Virus record (IMG/VR): IMGVR_UViG_3300028569_001484
Coordinates: 28,166-92,165 of that record
DNA length: 64,000 nucleotides
Source of the DNA: a virus
Lineage: Duplodnaviria; Caudoviricetes
Strand: one strand, 5' to 3'
Part shown: positions 40,506-49,466 of the stretch, in pieces
How positions within the stretch are numbered: the first letter of the stretch is position 1
Layout: every line of letters begins with the position of its first letter
Translations under genes and position numbers: made by a program
The notes under the pieces: model-generated
Database searches by the model: none
Told to the model about the DNA's origin: nothing
What the model saw: the letters and a program-made list of their open reading frames with translations, nothing else

Positions 40506-41471
40506 TTATAAATATGATTTGACCGTTTCCAAAATAGCAATATCAAATTTAGTTGTGTTAAATTGAGGAAACTCCATCTTGAAGTCACGATTGTCAATGC
40601 TGTATCTACTATCGTGTCCTTTACGGTCTTCAACATATTTAAACCATTCCCAATCTACTTCTATTCCAGTTATAGTACTATATACCTCTTTAATCACGTG
40701 TATAAGCTCATAGTTAGATAGTTCGTTGTCAGACCCTATCAAATACTGTTTTCCTATTTTACCATCTAATAGAACGCATATAAGCGCATTAACGTGGTCT
40801 TTGACATAGATCCAGTCTCTTACATTCGACCCATTGCCATATAAAGGTATGGTTTCTTTGTTGAGAAGCTTCTGAATACATACTGGAATCATCTTTTCGG
40901 TATATTGTCTAGACCCAAAGTTGTTGCTGCAATTGGTAATAATTGCTGGGAAATTATAAGTTTTGTTATAACTTCTAACCAGTAGATCGCTGGCAGCTTT
41001 AGTAGCTGAATATGGATTATTTGCTCTATAAGGACTGTCTGTAGTAAAAGATCCTTCTTTGTGATTCAATGATCCATACACTTCATCGGTGGATACGTGA
41101 ATAAACTTCTTTATGTTTGTACCCTTAAGCATTTCTAACAGATTAAAAGTACCAATAATGTTTGTTTCAATGAATCTTTTTGGTCCCTTGATAGAGTTAT
41201 CCACGTGCGATTCTGCTGCAAAATGAATCACATAATCTAAATTTAATGAATCAATATATTTCTTTTGATCTGGAAAATAAGGCGCAGCAATGTCCAGTGA
41301 TAATCTGTGATATCTAGGATTTTTTTGAAAGGGAAGTTTTTTGTTTGCAGCATAAGTACCACAATCAATGTTATAAACCATAACAACATCATCTCTTTTT
41401 AGAATTTCTTCTATAAAGTGACTTCCAATAAATCCACATCCTCCTGTTACTAATATATTCATATGGTCCAA
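40506..41471 (-). CDS. rmlB: dTDP-glucose 4,6-dehydratase
   Basis: TGGCGFIG, FAAESHVD, STDEVYG, YSATK, DRKGHD. Confidence 0.95.
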   Translation of the reverse strand: MDHMNILVTGGCGFIGSHFIEEILKRDDVVMVYNIDCGTYAANKKLPFQKNPRYHRLSLDIAAPYFPDQKKYIDSLNLDYVIHFAAESHVDNSIKGPKRFIETNIIGTFNLLEMLKGTNIKKFIHVSTDEVYGSLNHKEGSFTTDSPYRANNPYSATKAASDLLVRSYNKTYNFPAIITNCSNNFGSRQYTEKMIPVCIQKLLNKETIPLYGNGSNVRDWIYVKDHVNALICVLLDGKIGKQYLIGSDNELSNYELIHVIKEVYSTITGIEVDWEWFKYVEDRKGHDSRYSIDNRDFKMEFPQFNTTKFDIAILETVKSYL

Positions 41472-42325
41472 TTATTAATGCAATGGTCAAAGGCTTCGTC
41501 TGCGGTACTCATTTTGATTCCAGTTGACAACAACTTTTCGTTGCTCATCACGCAATTTGATCGGGGTGTTTTGACTACATTTTTATAAAATTCATCTTCT
41601 TCCACAAATGTAAAGGTTTTGTCTTTTGCAATTGTATTCTTAAACTTTTCTACTACACCCTTGGTCGTGATATAACCACCATTGGTCACATTATATGTAC
41701 CATATGGAACTTCTTTGGTAATGGTTTGAATACAAGCACTTACAAATTCTTGTTTGTTGCTTACACTATTTTCAGCATCTAACAGTCTTTCATACTTTAA
41801 TATTTTGCTTATATAATTTCTAGAATTATCAAACTCTTCAAATGGAATTCGTAATCTCCAAATATAGTGCTTTTCCCACTTCTTTACTACTTGTTCACCT
41901 ATTACTTTGGTACCACTGTAGAAACTACAGTTATTTTGCGCAAAACTAAAGTTTGGTACATCTTCTTCAGTAAAAGGATTGCCATCGGCTCTTTTACCTT
42001 CATATATACAACCACTCGAAACATGCGCTAAGGGTATATCATTTAACATACACCAATCAGTTAATATTTGCGGCCATACAATATTGCCGTGAATAGTAGC
42101 TTCTTTGTTTAATTCGCATGCATCCACATTAGGTTTGCCAGTATATCCCGCTGCATTTATTACAGCGCCTATGAGTGGGTATCCAGCTTCATCATACCAC
42201 TTTTCCAAATCTGCAAAAGTGGTTTTATGCGCATTTGGCCAAAGAAAAACAGGTAGCTTTAATTCAGCTAATTGCTTTTTGAATTCACTTCCAATATAAC
42301 CGCTTGATCCGAATAATATAATCAT
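41459..42325 (-). CDS. NDP-4-keto-rhamnose reductase, NRS/ER (epimerase-reductase)-like
   Basis: GSSGYIG, NAAGYTGKPNVDACE, SSGCIY, F.EED.PNF, SFYSGTK, LRIP. Confidence 0.82.
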   Translation of the reverse strand: MIILFGSSGYIGSEFKKQLAELKLPVFLWPNAHKTTFADLEKWYDEAGYPLIGAVINAAGYTGKPNVDACELNKEATIHGNIVWPQILTDWCMLNDIPLAHVSSGCIYEGKRADGNPFTEEDVPNFSFAQNNCSFYSGTKVIGEQVVKKWEKHYIWRLRIPFEEFDNSRNYISKILKYERLLDAENSVSNKQEFVSACIQTITKEVPYGTYNVTNGGYITTKGVVEKFKNTIAKDKTFTFVEEDEFYKNVVKTPRSNCVMSNEKLLSTGIKMSTADEAFDHCINNWTI

Positions 42326-43167
42326 AATAATTTATTTAAATATTTTTTATACTCACTGTTTGGTAATTTTTCTATAAGCGCTTTAAGCTGCTCTTTGCTT
42401 ATATATTTGCGCTTGTAGCACTCTTCTTCTATACATCCTATTTTAATTCCCTGTCTTGATTGAATAGCTTGTATATAAGCACTACTTTCAAATAATGTTT
42501 CAGCACTTCCAGCATCTAACCACGCTGTGCCTTTAGCAAATTTTACAGCGGTAAGCTGTGCTTTGTCAAGATATATTAAGTTCAAATCAGTTATTTCAAT
42601 TTCACCTCTGCTGGAAGGCTTAAGTGATTTAGCATACTGAACTACTCTTTTATCATAAAAATATAAGCCTGGTACCGCATAATTGCTCTTGGGTTCAACT
42701 GGTTTTTCTTCTATGCTTATTACGTTGTTTTCACTGTCAAATTCAATAACTCCATAAGCTCTAGGATCATTAACTTCATAACCAAAAATAATTGCACCTT
42801 CAAGTAAAGGCTTGACTCTGGGCATTCCGTGGAATATATTGTCTCCTAGTATAAGAGCAACATTATCGTCACCAATAAAGTCTTCGGCTATAATAAAACT
42901 TTCAGCTATGCCTCTTGGCTTATATTGCACTTTATAAGTAATCTTAACTCCTAATTGAGTGCCATCTCCAAATAGTTTTTCATAAGAAGGCAAATATTCA
43001 GGAGAAGAAATAATGCAAAAATCTTTAATACCACACGACAATAATGTGCAAAATGGATAATAAATCATTGGCTTGTCATAAACAGGCAATAATTGTTTAT
43101 TTATTGTACTGGTTAATGGATATAATCTACTGCCAGTCCCCCCCGCTAGAATAATTCCTTTCATCAA
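42322..43167 (-). CDS. rmlA: glucose-1-phosphate thymidylyltransferase
   Basis: GIILAGGTGSRLYP, KQLLPVYDKPMIYY, LGDNIF, EEKP, RGEIEITD. Confidence 0.96.
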   Translation of the reverse strand: MMKGIILAGGTGSRLYPLTSTINKQLLPVYDKPMIYYPFCTLLSCGIKDFCIISSPEYLPSYEKLFGDGTQLGVKITYKVQYKPRGIAESFIIAEDFIGDDNVALILGDNIFHGMPRVKPLLEGAIIFGYEVNDPRAYGVIEFDSENNVISIEEKPVEPKSNYAVPGLYFYDKRVVQYAKSLKPSSRGEIEITDLNLIYLDKAQLTAVKFAKGTAWLDAGSAETLFESSAYIQAIQSRQGIKIGCIEEECYKRKYISKEQLKALIEKLPNSEYKKYLNKLL

Positions 43168-43206
43168 ATATATCTATTTTTTATATTTTGAAATAATTTT
43201 TTTATA

Positions 43207-43235
43207 TTGACAAAATCCACGATTCAGTGTAGACT
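43207..43235 (+). promoter_or_regulatory. sigma70-type promoter
   Basis: TTGACA-N17-TAGACT with extended TG. Confidence 0.7.
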
Positions 43236-43243
43236 CTTATTAT

Positions 43244-43477
43244 ATGGAAACGGAACTAACAATTAAAGATAAAGCGATCCCCCCCATCATTATTCAACAC
43301 GATGACCTTAAGTTTGATGGTAAAACAATCACCATTCCAGGCTATTATATTGATACAATCTTAGATTATATTAAATATTGGAAACTTGATGGTGAAAAAC
43401 AAGTAGATGTTGAAGATTACGTTGCATTTCGTAACTTCCTATATGACATCCAAGAGTATAAAAACCAAGGAAACTAA
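43244..43477 (+). CDS. hypothetical protein
   Basis: First ORF after the promoter. Confidence 0.65.
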   Translation: METELTIKDKAIPPIIIQHDDLKFDGKTITIPGYYIDTILDYIKYWKLDGEKQVDVEDYVAFRNFLYDIQEYKNQGN

Positions 43478-43480
43478 TTT

Positions 43481-44065
43481 ATGGGAATGTATGATGATAT
43501 AATATGTAAGTATCCACTTCCGTTGCCGGAAGATACCAAGGGATATGTTTCTAATGGATTTCAAACCAAAGATTTAGATTGCGGATTGGATTGTTATGAA
43601 ATCCGTGAAGATGGCACACTATGGTTACGTGAATGTGAACGAGAACATACAGAAGGTAATCCAAACGGTAAAACATTCTTTGAAAAGTTTGGAATGGTAA
43701 AAGAAACCAAAGTTTGGTGGACTCATGTAAAAACAACCAGCACCATACGTATGTATGAATATTACAATTACGGTGATGGTCCATATGACTATTGGGTTGA
43801 ATTTGAAGTTGTATTCATTGACGGAGTTATTGACAAGATTAAACTAATTAAGTTTGAAGCTACTGATAACTCTAAAAGAAAAGAAGACTCTAAACGTCAT
43901 ATTGAAGAACTTAAAAAGAACAAAGAGTTTGAATCCACTTTGTTATGCAAATTAATTATCAAACCATATAATAAAATTATTAGATTTATCTGTAGGTTGA
44001 TATATAATTTTGGTTCCTTTTTGATTGCTAAAGTTTACAAATTGGAACGTATACTAACTGTATGA
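43481..44065 (+). CDS. conserved phage hypothetical protein
   Basis: MGMYD...FQTKDL..Y.I.EDG.L. Confidence 0.7.
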   Translation: MGMYDDIICKYPLPLPEDTKGYVSNGFQTKDLDCGLDCYEIREDGTLWLRECEREHTEGNPNGKTFFEKFGMVKETKVWWTHVKTTSTIRMYEYYNYGDGPYDYWVEFEVVFIDGVIDKIKLIKFEATDNSKRKEDSKRHIEELKKNKEFESTLLCKLIIKPYNKIIRFICRLIYNFGSFLIAKVYKLERILTV

Positions 44066-44307
44066 AAGATCAAGATTCAATATTTCTAATTTGTGATTGT
44101 TTTGAACACGGACTTTTAGTAGAAAAGTTCAAAGATGAACAAGAAGTATCATTGAGCTTGTTTGAACGAGGACTCAATGGCAGAACATTATGTTGGTCGG
44201 AAAGATTAAGATGGTGTTGGCAAATATTACGATATGGTAAACCTTGGTCTGATTTTGTAATTCTAAATACAGAAAATCAAAAACAATTAAAGGATTTCTT
44301 AGGATGA
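44062..44307 (+). CDS. hypothetical protein
   Basis: ATGA-coupled, CDC.EH. Confidence 0.65.
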   Translation: MKDQDSIFLICDCFEHGLLVEKFKDEQEVSLSLFERGLNGRTLCWSERLRWCWQILRYGKPWSDFVILNTENQKQLKDFLG

Positions 44308-44579
44308 AATTTAAGAATTTTGAAGGTATTGAATATACGGTAAATTATAACAAACCGGCGTTATGGCACAATCAGCCGAGACCTGGTTTGTGTGATAATC
44401 CTAATATTAAAAATCCACAAATTCATGTAGATCCAACATTACTAAGTCGTAGACAACTCAATGTATTGATTGAAGAAGTATTCCACGCACATTTGTATGA
44501 TTTACCAGAAAAGAAAGCTCGTAAATTTGCAGCTAATTTAGGCAAATTGATTTACAATAGATTTTTAAAAAATGAGTAA
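44304..44579 (+). CDS. metallopeptidase-like hypothetical protein
   Basis: GLCD...LIEEVFHA (variant of HExxH). Confidence 0.55.
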   Translation: MKFKNFEGIEYTVNYNKPALWHNQPRPGLCDNPNIKNPQIHVDPTLLSRRQLNVLIEEVFHAHLYDLPEKKARKFAANLGKLIYNRFLKNE

Positions 44580-44730
44580 AATTATAAATTTGACTCTTGG
44601 ATTAATATTTGGTAGTATATTTGCAATATCATTGATATTGGTATTGATGATTTTTTTTGCAATATTGATACCATTTTTCTTTTATTTCACACTAAAAGAA
44701 GTTCTTAAATATTTAACAAACACTAAATAA
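44572..44730 (+). CDS. small membrane protein
   Basis: MSKIINLTLGLIFGSIFAISLILVLMIFFAILIPFFFYF, read manually. Confidence 0.55.
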   Translation: MSKIINLTLGLIFGSIFAISLILVLMIFFAILIPFFFYFTLKEVLKYLTNTK

Positions 44731-44734
44731 ACAT

Positions 44735-45253
44735 ATGAAAACAGAAATAGATACAGTAAGTAAAAATATCATTCTCACTTACGCACGTAAAATTCGGAAT
44801 GTTCAAAAAGAACAAATCGATCCATATATCGGACTAATTGAGAATGAACTAATTACACTTTTTCCGGAGTTGAAAGATCGTGATGATAATGCTTTAAATT
44901 GGGCATATGATATTCTTAATGCAGAGTCTAACACTGAAGTAGTGGAAACACTAAACAGAGTAGAAAAGATAATTACTGAGGAAAGAAAAGAAAAGTGGAA
45001 CTGCAATTATTGCGGTAAAAACACTTATAATGATGATGTTGAATATCTTTTTGGTACAAATCACATTGGATGTGCATTAGAAGAAGATATCAAAAATAGA
45101 GAACATTCAGATCCAGATTATATTCTTGATGCAAGACTCAGAAAAATTACTGAAATTGAATCAAAATTAAATTATTACGAATCCGAACTTGATAAGCTGC
45201 ATTTTGAACTCAAACGAATGCGATCCGATTACCCACACGAACCAACTAACTAA
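44735..45253 (+). CDS. hypothetical protein
   Basis: CNYCG...HIGC, coiled C-terminus. Confidence 0.65.
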   Translation: MKTEIDTVSKNIILTYARKIRNVQKEQIDPYIGLIENELITLFPELKDRDDNALNWAYDILNAESNTEVVETLNRVEKIITEERKEKWNCNYCGKNTYNDDVEYLFGTNHIGCALEEDIKNREHSDPDYILDARLRKITEIESKLNYYESELDKLHFELKRMRSDYPHEPTN

Positions 45254-45259
45254 AACATC

Positions 45260-45286
45260 AAGCGTACCACTCGGTACGCTTTTTTT
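45260..45286 (+). terminator. intrinsic terminator
   Basis: AAGCGTACC-loop-GGTACGCTT followed by T-run. Confidence 0.8.
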
Positions 45287-45287
45287 A

Positions 45288-45316
45288 TTGACCACAACCA
45301 CATCATCGTGTATACT
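45288..45316 (+). promoter_or_regulatory. sigma70-type promoter
   Basis: TTGACC-N17-TATACT. Confidence 0.65.
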
Positions 45317-45324
45317 TTTTATAT

Positions 45325-45585
45325 ATGATCAAATGTGGTTGTGGAAACGAAATTCATCCTGAACGTTATGAACTTGGTTACAAGATTTGTTTGTCTTGTG
45401 GCGATCAATCTGCTGCAAGGCAAAAACCTTATGGCACAATGATTTATACTCATAAAACAGGCGGATCAATACAAATTACAAATAAAACATTATATAATGT
45501 ATACAAAAAAGTTACACATCGATCTGGAAAAAAGAGTAATGTCGGAAATAAAAATTCAAAGTATAGCACTATAATATTTATATAA
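45325..45585 (+). CDS. DksA/TraR-like C4 zinc-finger protein
   Basis: CGCGNEIHPER.ELG..ICLSC. Confidence 0.6.
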   Translation: MIKCGCGNEIHPERYELGYKICLSCGDQSAARQKPYGTMIYTHKTGGSIQITNKTLYNVYKKVTHRSGKKSNVGNKNSKYSTIIFI

Positions 45586-45586
45586 C

Positions 45587-45835
45587 ATGACTGCATCATT
45601 CTATAAGACAGTATATCAACGCAAATTCAACGAAATGCCACGGTGGAAAAAGTTAGCTATCGTAGAAGACAGTGAAAAAAACAATTGGAGTGGGTTGTTG
45701 ACTGATTTTATCAAATCTGTAATTGAAGAAGCTGAAAAGGACTTTGCAAATTCCAAATCAACCGTTGTATCTCCATCTGGTCAATACGAAACAGTTCCCC
45801 AAACGACTTCAGATTCTTTTAAGAAAAAGAATTGA
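45587..45835 (+). CDS. hypothetical protein
   Basis: Operon ORF. Confidence 0.6.
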   Translation: MTASFYKTVYQRKFNEMPRWKKLAIVEDSEKNNWSGLLTDFIKSVIEEAEKDFANSKSTVVSPSGQYETVPQTTSDSFKKKN

Positions 45836-45868
45836 CTTTTTCTAAAATTATGGTAAATTGATTTCAAG

Positions 45869-46411
45869 ATGAATGTTTTGGATCATTTGAAGAGTTCGTC
45901 AGTTGACGATATCAAGTCTTATTGTAAGTCCACTTCCATTAACGCAGGTGTCGCAATGATGCATGTTAATGGTGACTTTAATTTGGCTACCCTGGTGCGC
46001 AATGCCAATTTCTTTGGTTTTAAGGAAGCATTTTATGTAGGTGGTAGCAAGCAATGGGATCGTCGTGGTACTGTTGGTACTCACCACTATACTGACTTAA
46101 AGTATATTAAGACTGAAGAAGACTTTGTTGCTTATGTAAATGATAACGGTTATACACTAATCTCTGTAGAAAACAACATTCCCAAGTATAGTGATAAGAC
46201 AGTATCTATTTTTAACCACTGGGTATTTACTGGTGTAGATAAGCCAATGTTTGTATTTGGCGAAGAAAAGGATGGATTGAGTGATTATATTCTTGATAAC
46301 AGTGACTATATTGTTACTGTTCCAGCATATGGCAGTGTACGATCACTTAATGTGGGTACTACTAGTGGAATTGTAATGGGATTTTATCGCAACTATATTG
46401 ACAATAATTAA
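45869..46411 (+). CDS. SpoU/TrmH-family RNA 2'-O-methyltransferase
   Basis: NLATLVRNA, FVFGEEKDGL, VP..GSVRSLNV. Confidence 0.88.
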   Translation: MNVLDHLKSSSVDDIKSYCKSTSINAGVAMMHVNGDFNLATLVRNANFFGFKEAFYVGGSKQWDRRGTVGTHHYTDLKYIKTEEDFVAYVNDNGYTLISVENNIPKYSDKTVSIFNHWVFTGVDKPMFVFGEEKDGLSDYILDNSDYIVTVPAYGSVRSLNVGTTSGIVMGFYRNYIDNN

Positions 46412-46419
46412 ATAATAAT

Positions 46420-46629
46420 ATGAGTACAAAATACGTTACAGACAGTAAGAGCGCACGAATTGGATATGTAAAGGATAGTGGCAGCGTAATTTACGCACAC
46501 GGTCCCAATGGTGAGAACGTTGGTTATTACCAAAAAAGCACTGACACTACGTTTGACCGCAATGGCAAGCGTTATGGCTTTGGCGATTTGACCAATGCTC
46601 TGGTTTTTGAGGCGGCTCGAAAGATTTAA
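46420..46629 (+). CDS. small beta-repeat hypothetical protein
   Basis: D..G.R.G repeats. Confidence 0.55.
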   Translation: MSTKYVTDSKSARIGYVKDSGSVIYAHGPNGENVGYYQKSTDTTFDRNGKRYGFGDLTNALVFEAARKI

Positions 46630-46639
46630 AAAAAGAACG

Positions 46640-46667
46640 TTGACATTTTCTAAAACCGTGGTAAGAT
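46640..46667 (+). promoter_or_regulatory. sigma70-type promoter
   Basis: TTGACA-N16-TAAGAT with TGG extension. Confidence 0.7.
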
Positions 46668-46706
46668 AAATTTGTAGTCGGTTAACATTAACAAAAAACA
46701 AAAAAT

Positions 46707-46982
46707 ATGAACAAGAACAAGACAGGCCGTAAGGCAACCGCAGTAAACGAAATCACTGATCGCAATTTCACTATTGTTGATCTGATCAACATCAACGCCA
46801 ACGTTAAGGCTCCAACAATTCGGATGCACGTTAAGCGTAGTGTAACCGCTGGACGATACAAGATCAGTGGTTCGCAGAAGACCGGTAAGCGTGGTAAGCC
46901 AAGTATCGTATATACATACGACGCAACTCCCACTGTTGCCACAACTCCCACTGTTGAATCTACTCAGACTTCTGCAAATTAA
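46707..46982 (+). CDS. small basic winged-helix-like protein
   Basis: FTIVDL...TIRMHV...GKRGKP.IVY. Confidence 0.55.
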   Translation: MNKNKTGRKATAVNEITDRNFTIVDLININANVKAPTIRMHVKRSVTAGRYKISGSQKTGKRGKPSIVYTYDATPTVATTPTVESTQTSAN

Positions 46983-47059
46983 ACGGTATTAAGAATTGGG
47001 ATTAATAAAAAAAGATTGTTAATCCCTTTTCTTAAACTATTTATTTTTAAAAGTAGTAT

Positions 47060-47215
47060 ATGGGAAAGTCATTCAAAGATCGTCGTTCACGCAACGAAGG
47101 AAATTGGCGCAACAAATCAAATAAAAAGGTTAACAAAAAGTGGCAAAACACTGAGGTTAAACCATCACGGCTCAATTCAAAATATGAAGACGAAGACAAC
47201 GCAAACAGTTATTAA
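47060..47215 (+). CDS. small basic protein
   Basis: MGKSFKDRRSR..., after ACTATTTAT motif, read manually. Confidence 0.55.
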   Translation: MGKSFKDRRSRNEGNWRNKSNKKVNKKWQNTEVKPSRLNSKYEDEDNANSY

Positions 47216-47327
47216 CAATCTCAAATCAAAAATCGCAAGTAAAAATTTACAACTAACAGATCTATACGCAGAATATTACTATAAGGCTGCTATCAAGCAG
47301 ACAGTAGGTCAACAACCCCTAGGCTAA
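47184..47327 (+). CDS. small protein whose 3' end is interrupted by the TnpB element
   Basis: MKTKTTQ...AAIKQTV; removing 47308..48636 restores QTVDERHYTQAVGT*. Confidence 0.5.
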   Translation: MKTKTTQTVINNLKSKIASKNLQLTDLYAEYYYKAAIKQTVGQQPLG

Positions 47328-48636
47328 AGCCATAGGGGCTTGTAATGCTATTGCTTTCACAACAGGCTTACATACGATTGGCTGGTTGACAACAGCCTGC
47401 CCATCAAGTATGTTACCATACGAAACGGGAAGTTTGGAACGATTACCTATGTTCCGTGATGCGTTTAGGTCCGCATCATATACAATTCCACTCACAGCAT
47501 AAAACCTACAACCTCTACGAACCCCCTCTTTGATGCCGCTAAAGCTATCAATTTGGGAAGTATAAGCAGGGCTAACAAGAATTATGGATTTACCCATATT
47601 TTCTGCCTTATAAGTTAATATGCGTCTTAATTCAAATAATGGAACTTGACTTATTGCTCTTTTGTTTTGAAATTTGTGTTTTTTTGCTTTGATGCCTTTT
47701 AAGTTTTCAAGCACAATAGTGTCTGCATTTGTTTGAAGAATTATATTGGCGACACAATGGGTTTGGTTTCTATTTTTATTAGCTTCTTTATGACGAAGTT
47801 TACGAAGATGTCTTCTTGCACTTTTTGAACCATTTGATTTGAGACTATCTTTTAGATGACGAAGTTTTCGTTTATCTCCATTGAATTTTCTATCAATAAC
47901 TATTCTACCATCACTACAAGCAGCTACTCTACGCATTCCTAAATCAACTCCCAGTGCTAATTTTGATTTTTGTTTATCAATCTTATTATCAAACGATAGA
48001 GCAATGTAGATTTTGTCATTATTAATATAAATCAGAGGATCTACATATTTGTATTTGTTTAGTAATTCTACAAGTTTGGGGTATAGTTTGAACTTAAAGT
48101 TCTTTTTACCAGATGATGTAGTAATCTTTATAGATTCTTTTGTTGGAAAACTATATAGTCTTTTATCTAAACGAATTGATAGATTCTTTTTTTCAATTGG
48201 TTTCTTTATCTTGTGTTTATTTGATTTGGCACTTCTATAAGACGCTAGACATTCTTGTTCTGCTTTTATAACGACTTGTGAATTTACATCTGGAAATTGT
48301 TTTCTTACATTATAATAAACTTTTGAGTGAAGAATTACTATTGAATTCTTTTTCTCATTGAATTGTTCTTTTGAAGCAATGTTGAAAACAACACGATGAC
48401 TTTCAAGAAGAGATTTGAGAGATTCTAAATCATCTTGGTTATCTGTTAATAATTCTGTGTTATAAGTTATCACTTCTATAATATATATATACTGGATTTT
48501 CAAAAAGTTGAAAAATTTATAAAAAAATGATTTTGGAGAAAACATTTGACAAACCTAAGAGATTGATGTAAAGTAGTTGAATGGTCGGAATTCCTCCCCT
48601 TGGCTAAAGCCGAAGGGGTTTCCTTCCTCCAAAAAT
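47308..48636 (-). mobile_element. non-autonomous IS200/IS605-family element (tnpB only)
   Basis: Left-end hairpin CCCCTTCGGCTTTAGCCAAGGGG after TTCAT; right-end hairpin CCCCTATGGCTTTAGCCTAGGGG ending GTTGAC; no tnpA. Confidence 0.85.
47319..48473 (-). CDS. tnpB: TnpB RNA-guided nuclease, zinc finger degenerate
   Basis: RuvC-I LGVDLG, RuvC-II IVLENL, PAYTSQ, RuvC-III DADLNASRNI; GTG start. Confidence 0.88.
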   Translation of the reverse strand: MITYNTELLTDNQDDLESLKSLLESHRVVFNIASKEQFNEKKNSIVILHSKVYYNVRKQFPDVNSQVVIKAEQECLASYRSAKSNKHKIKKPIEKKNLSIRLDKRLYSFPTKESIKITTSSGKKNFKFKLYPKLVELLNKYKYVDPLIYINNDKIYIALSFDNKIDKQKSKLALGVDLGMRRVAACSDGRIVIDRKFNGDKRKLRHLKDSLKSNGSKSARRHLRKLRHKEANKNRNQTHCVANIILQTNADTIVLENLKGIKAKKHKFQNKRAISQVPLFELRRILTYKAENMGKSIILVSPAYTSQIDSFSGIKEGVRRGCRFYAVSGIVYDADLNASRNIGNRSKLPVSYGNILDGQAVVNQPIVCKPVVKAIALQAPMALA

Positions 48637-48924
48637 ATGAAAGACACTACACTCAAGCAGTTGGTACGTGACCGCAAGGGTCAACCCCGTGGTATGGTTG
48701 TTGCCACAGTAATTGATGGTACTATCCGATTTGGTTGGAGTCATACCAATACAAAGGCAGGTGATCGTTTTGATAAGTGCAAGGCACTCACTATTGCTCT
48801 AGGTCGAGCTGAAAATGGTTGGGGTCCAAAAACAAATGTACCTATATCTACAGCCAAGATTCTAAATAAGATGGTTGATCGATCCGTTCGCTATTACAAG
48901 AATGTTCCCATCTACGTTATTTAA
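48637..48924 (+). CDS. conserved phage hypothetical protein
   Basis: GWS......D.FDK..AL.IALGRA. Confidence 0.7.
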   Translation: MKDTTLKQLVRDRKGQPRGMVVATVIDGTIRFGWSHTNTKAGDRFDKCKALTIALGRAENGWGPKTNVPISTAKILNKMVDRSVRYYKNVPIYVI

Positions 48925-48941
48925 TTCGACTATTTATAAAA

Positions 48942-49274
48942 ATGGACAAGTACATTACCGATAATTTCACCGGGTCAATTGACGATCTACTAAATCATTG
49001 TTCCAATCTAGATACAGCAAAAGTAGAAGAACAAGTCAAAGCTGAAGAAAAAGAAGCCTGTATTCAAGTAATTATGAAAGAACTTGAATGTGATGAAGCT
49101 GAAGCTGAAGTCATTTATAATGAAATTGCTTTGGCAGAAGTTAAAGAAACAGTTGACAAGATGGTAGCAGAGGGTCTATTATATGTATCTGGTCACAACG
49201 AAGATGGCGAACCACTGTTTCAGCTAACTGAACTTGGTAAATCAGTTCGTAAAGAACTAGGCGACGGTAAGTAA
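48942..49274 (+). CDS. hypothetical protein (winged-helix-like C-terminus)
   Basis: MVAEGLL...FQLTELG. Confidence 0.6.
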   Translation: MDKYITDNFTGSIDDLLNHCSNLDTAKVEEQVKAEEKEACIQVIMKELECDEAEAEVIYNEIALAEVKETVDKMVAEGLLYVSGHNEDGEPLFQLTELGKSVRKELGDGK

Positions 49275-49286
49275 TTATACCATAAT

Positions 49287-49367
49287 GCTCCGGTACTGGC
49301 GGGGTCTTCTAAGCCCTAAGTGCATAATTGGATGAAAATGGGGGTTCAAGTCCCTCCCGGAGCGCCA
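49287..49367 (+). tRNA. atypical tRNA-Arg(TCT) with no normal D-arm and a D-loop-like hairpin 3' of the anticodon arm
   Basis: GCTCCGG/CCGGAGC acceptor, G discriminator, CCA, loop CTTCTAA, T-arm GGGGG-TTCAAGT-CCCTC. Confidence 0.7.
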
Positions 49368-49428
49368 TTTTTGATCATATTCATAAATTTGTATATATTT
49401 ATATGTTCAAACTTCTCTTAAAAAGAAG

Positions 49429-49456
49429 TTGATCTTTGAAAACTTAGTGGTAAGAT
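49429..49456 (+). promoter_or_regulatory. sigma70-type promoter
   Basis: TTGATC-N16-TAAGAT (TGG-extended). Confidence 0.6.
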
Positions 49457-49466
49457 AAAGAAGTAG

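Noticed and set aside
49307-49313. Amber suppressor tRNA (CTA) or a recoded genome
   Set aside because: The 7-nt loop CTTCTAA centres on TCT, and long genes are intact under the standard code with TAG and TGA used as stops.
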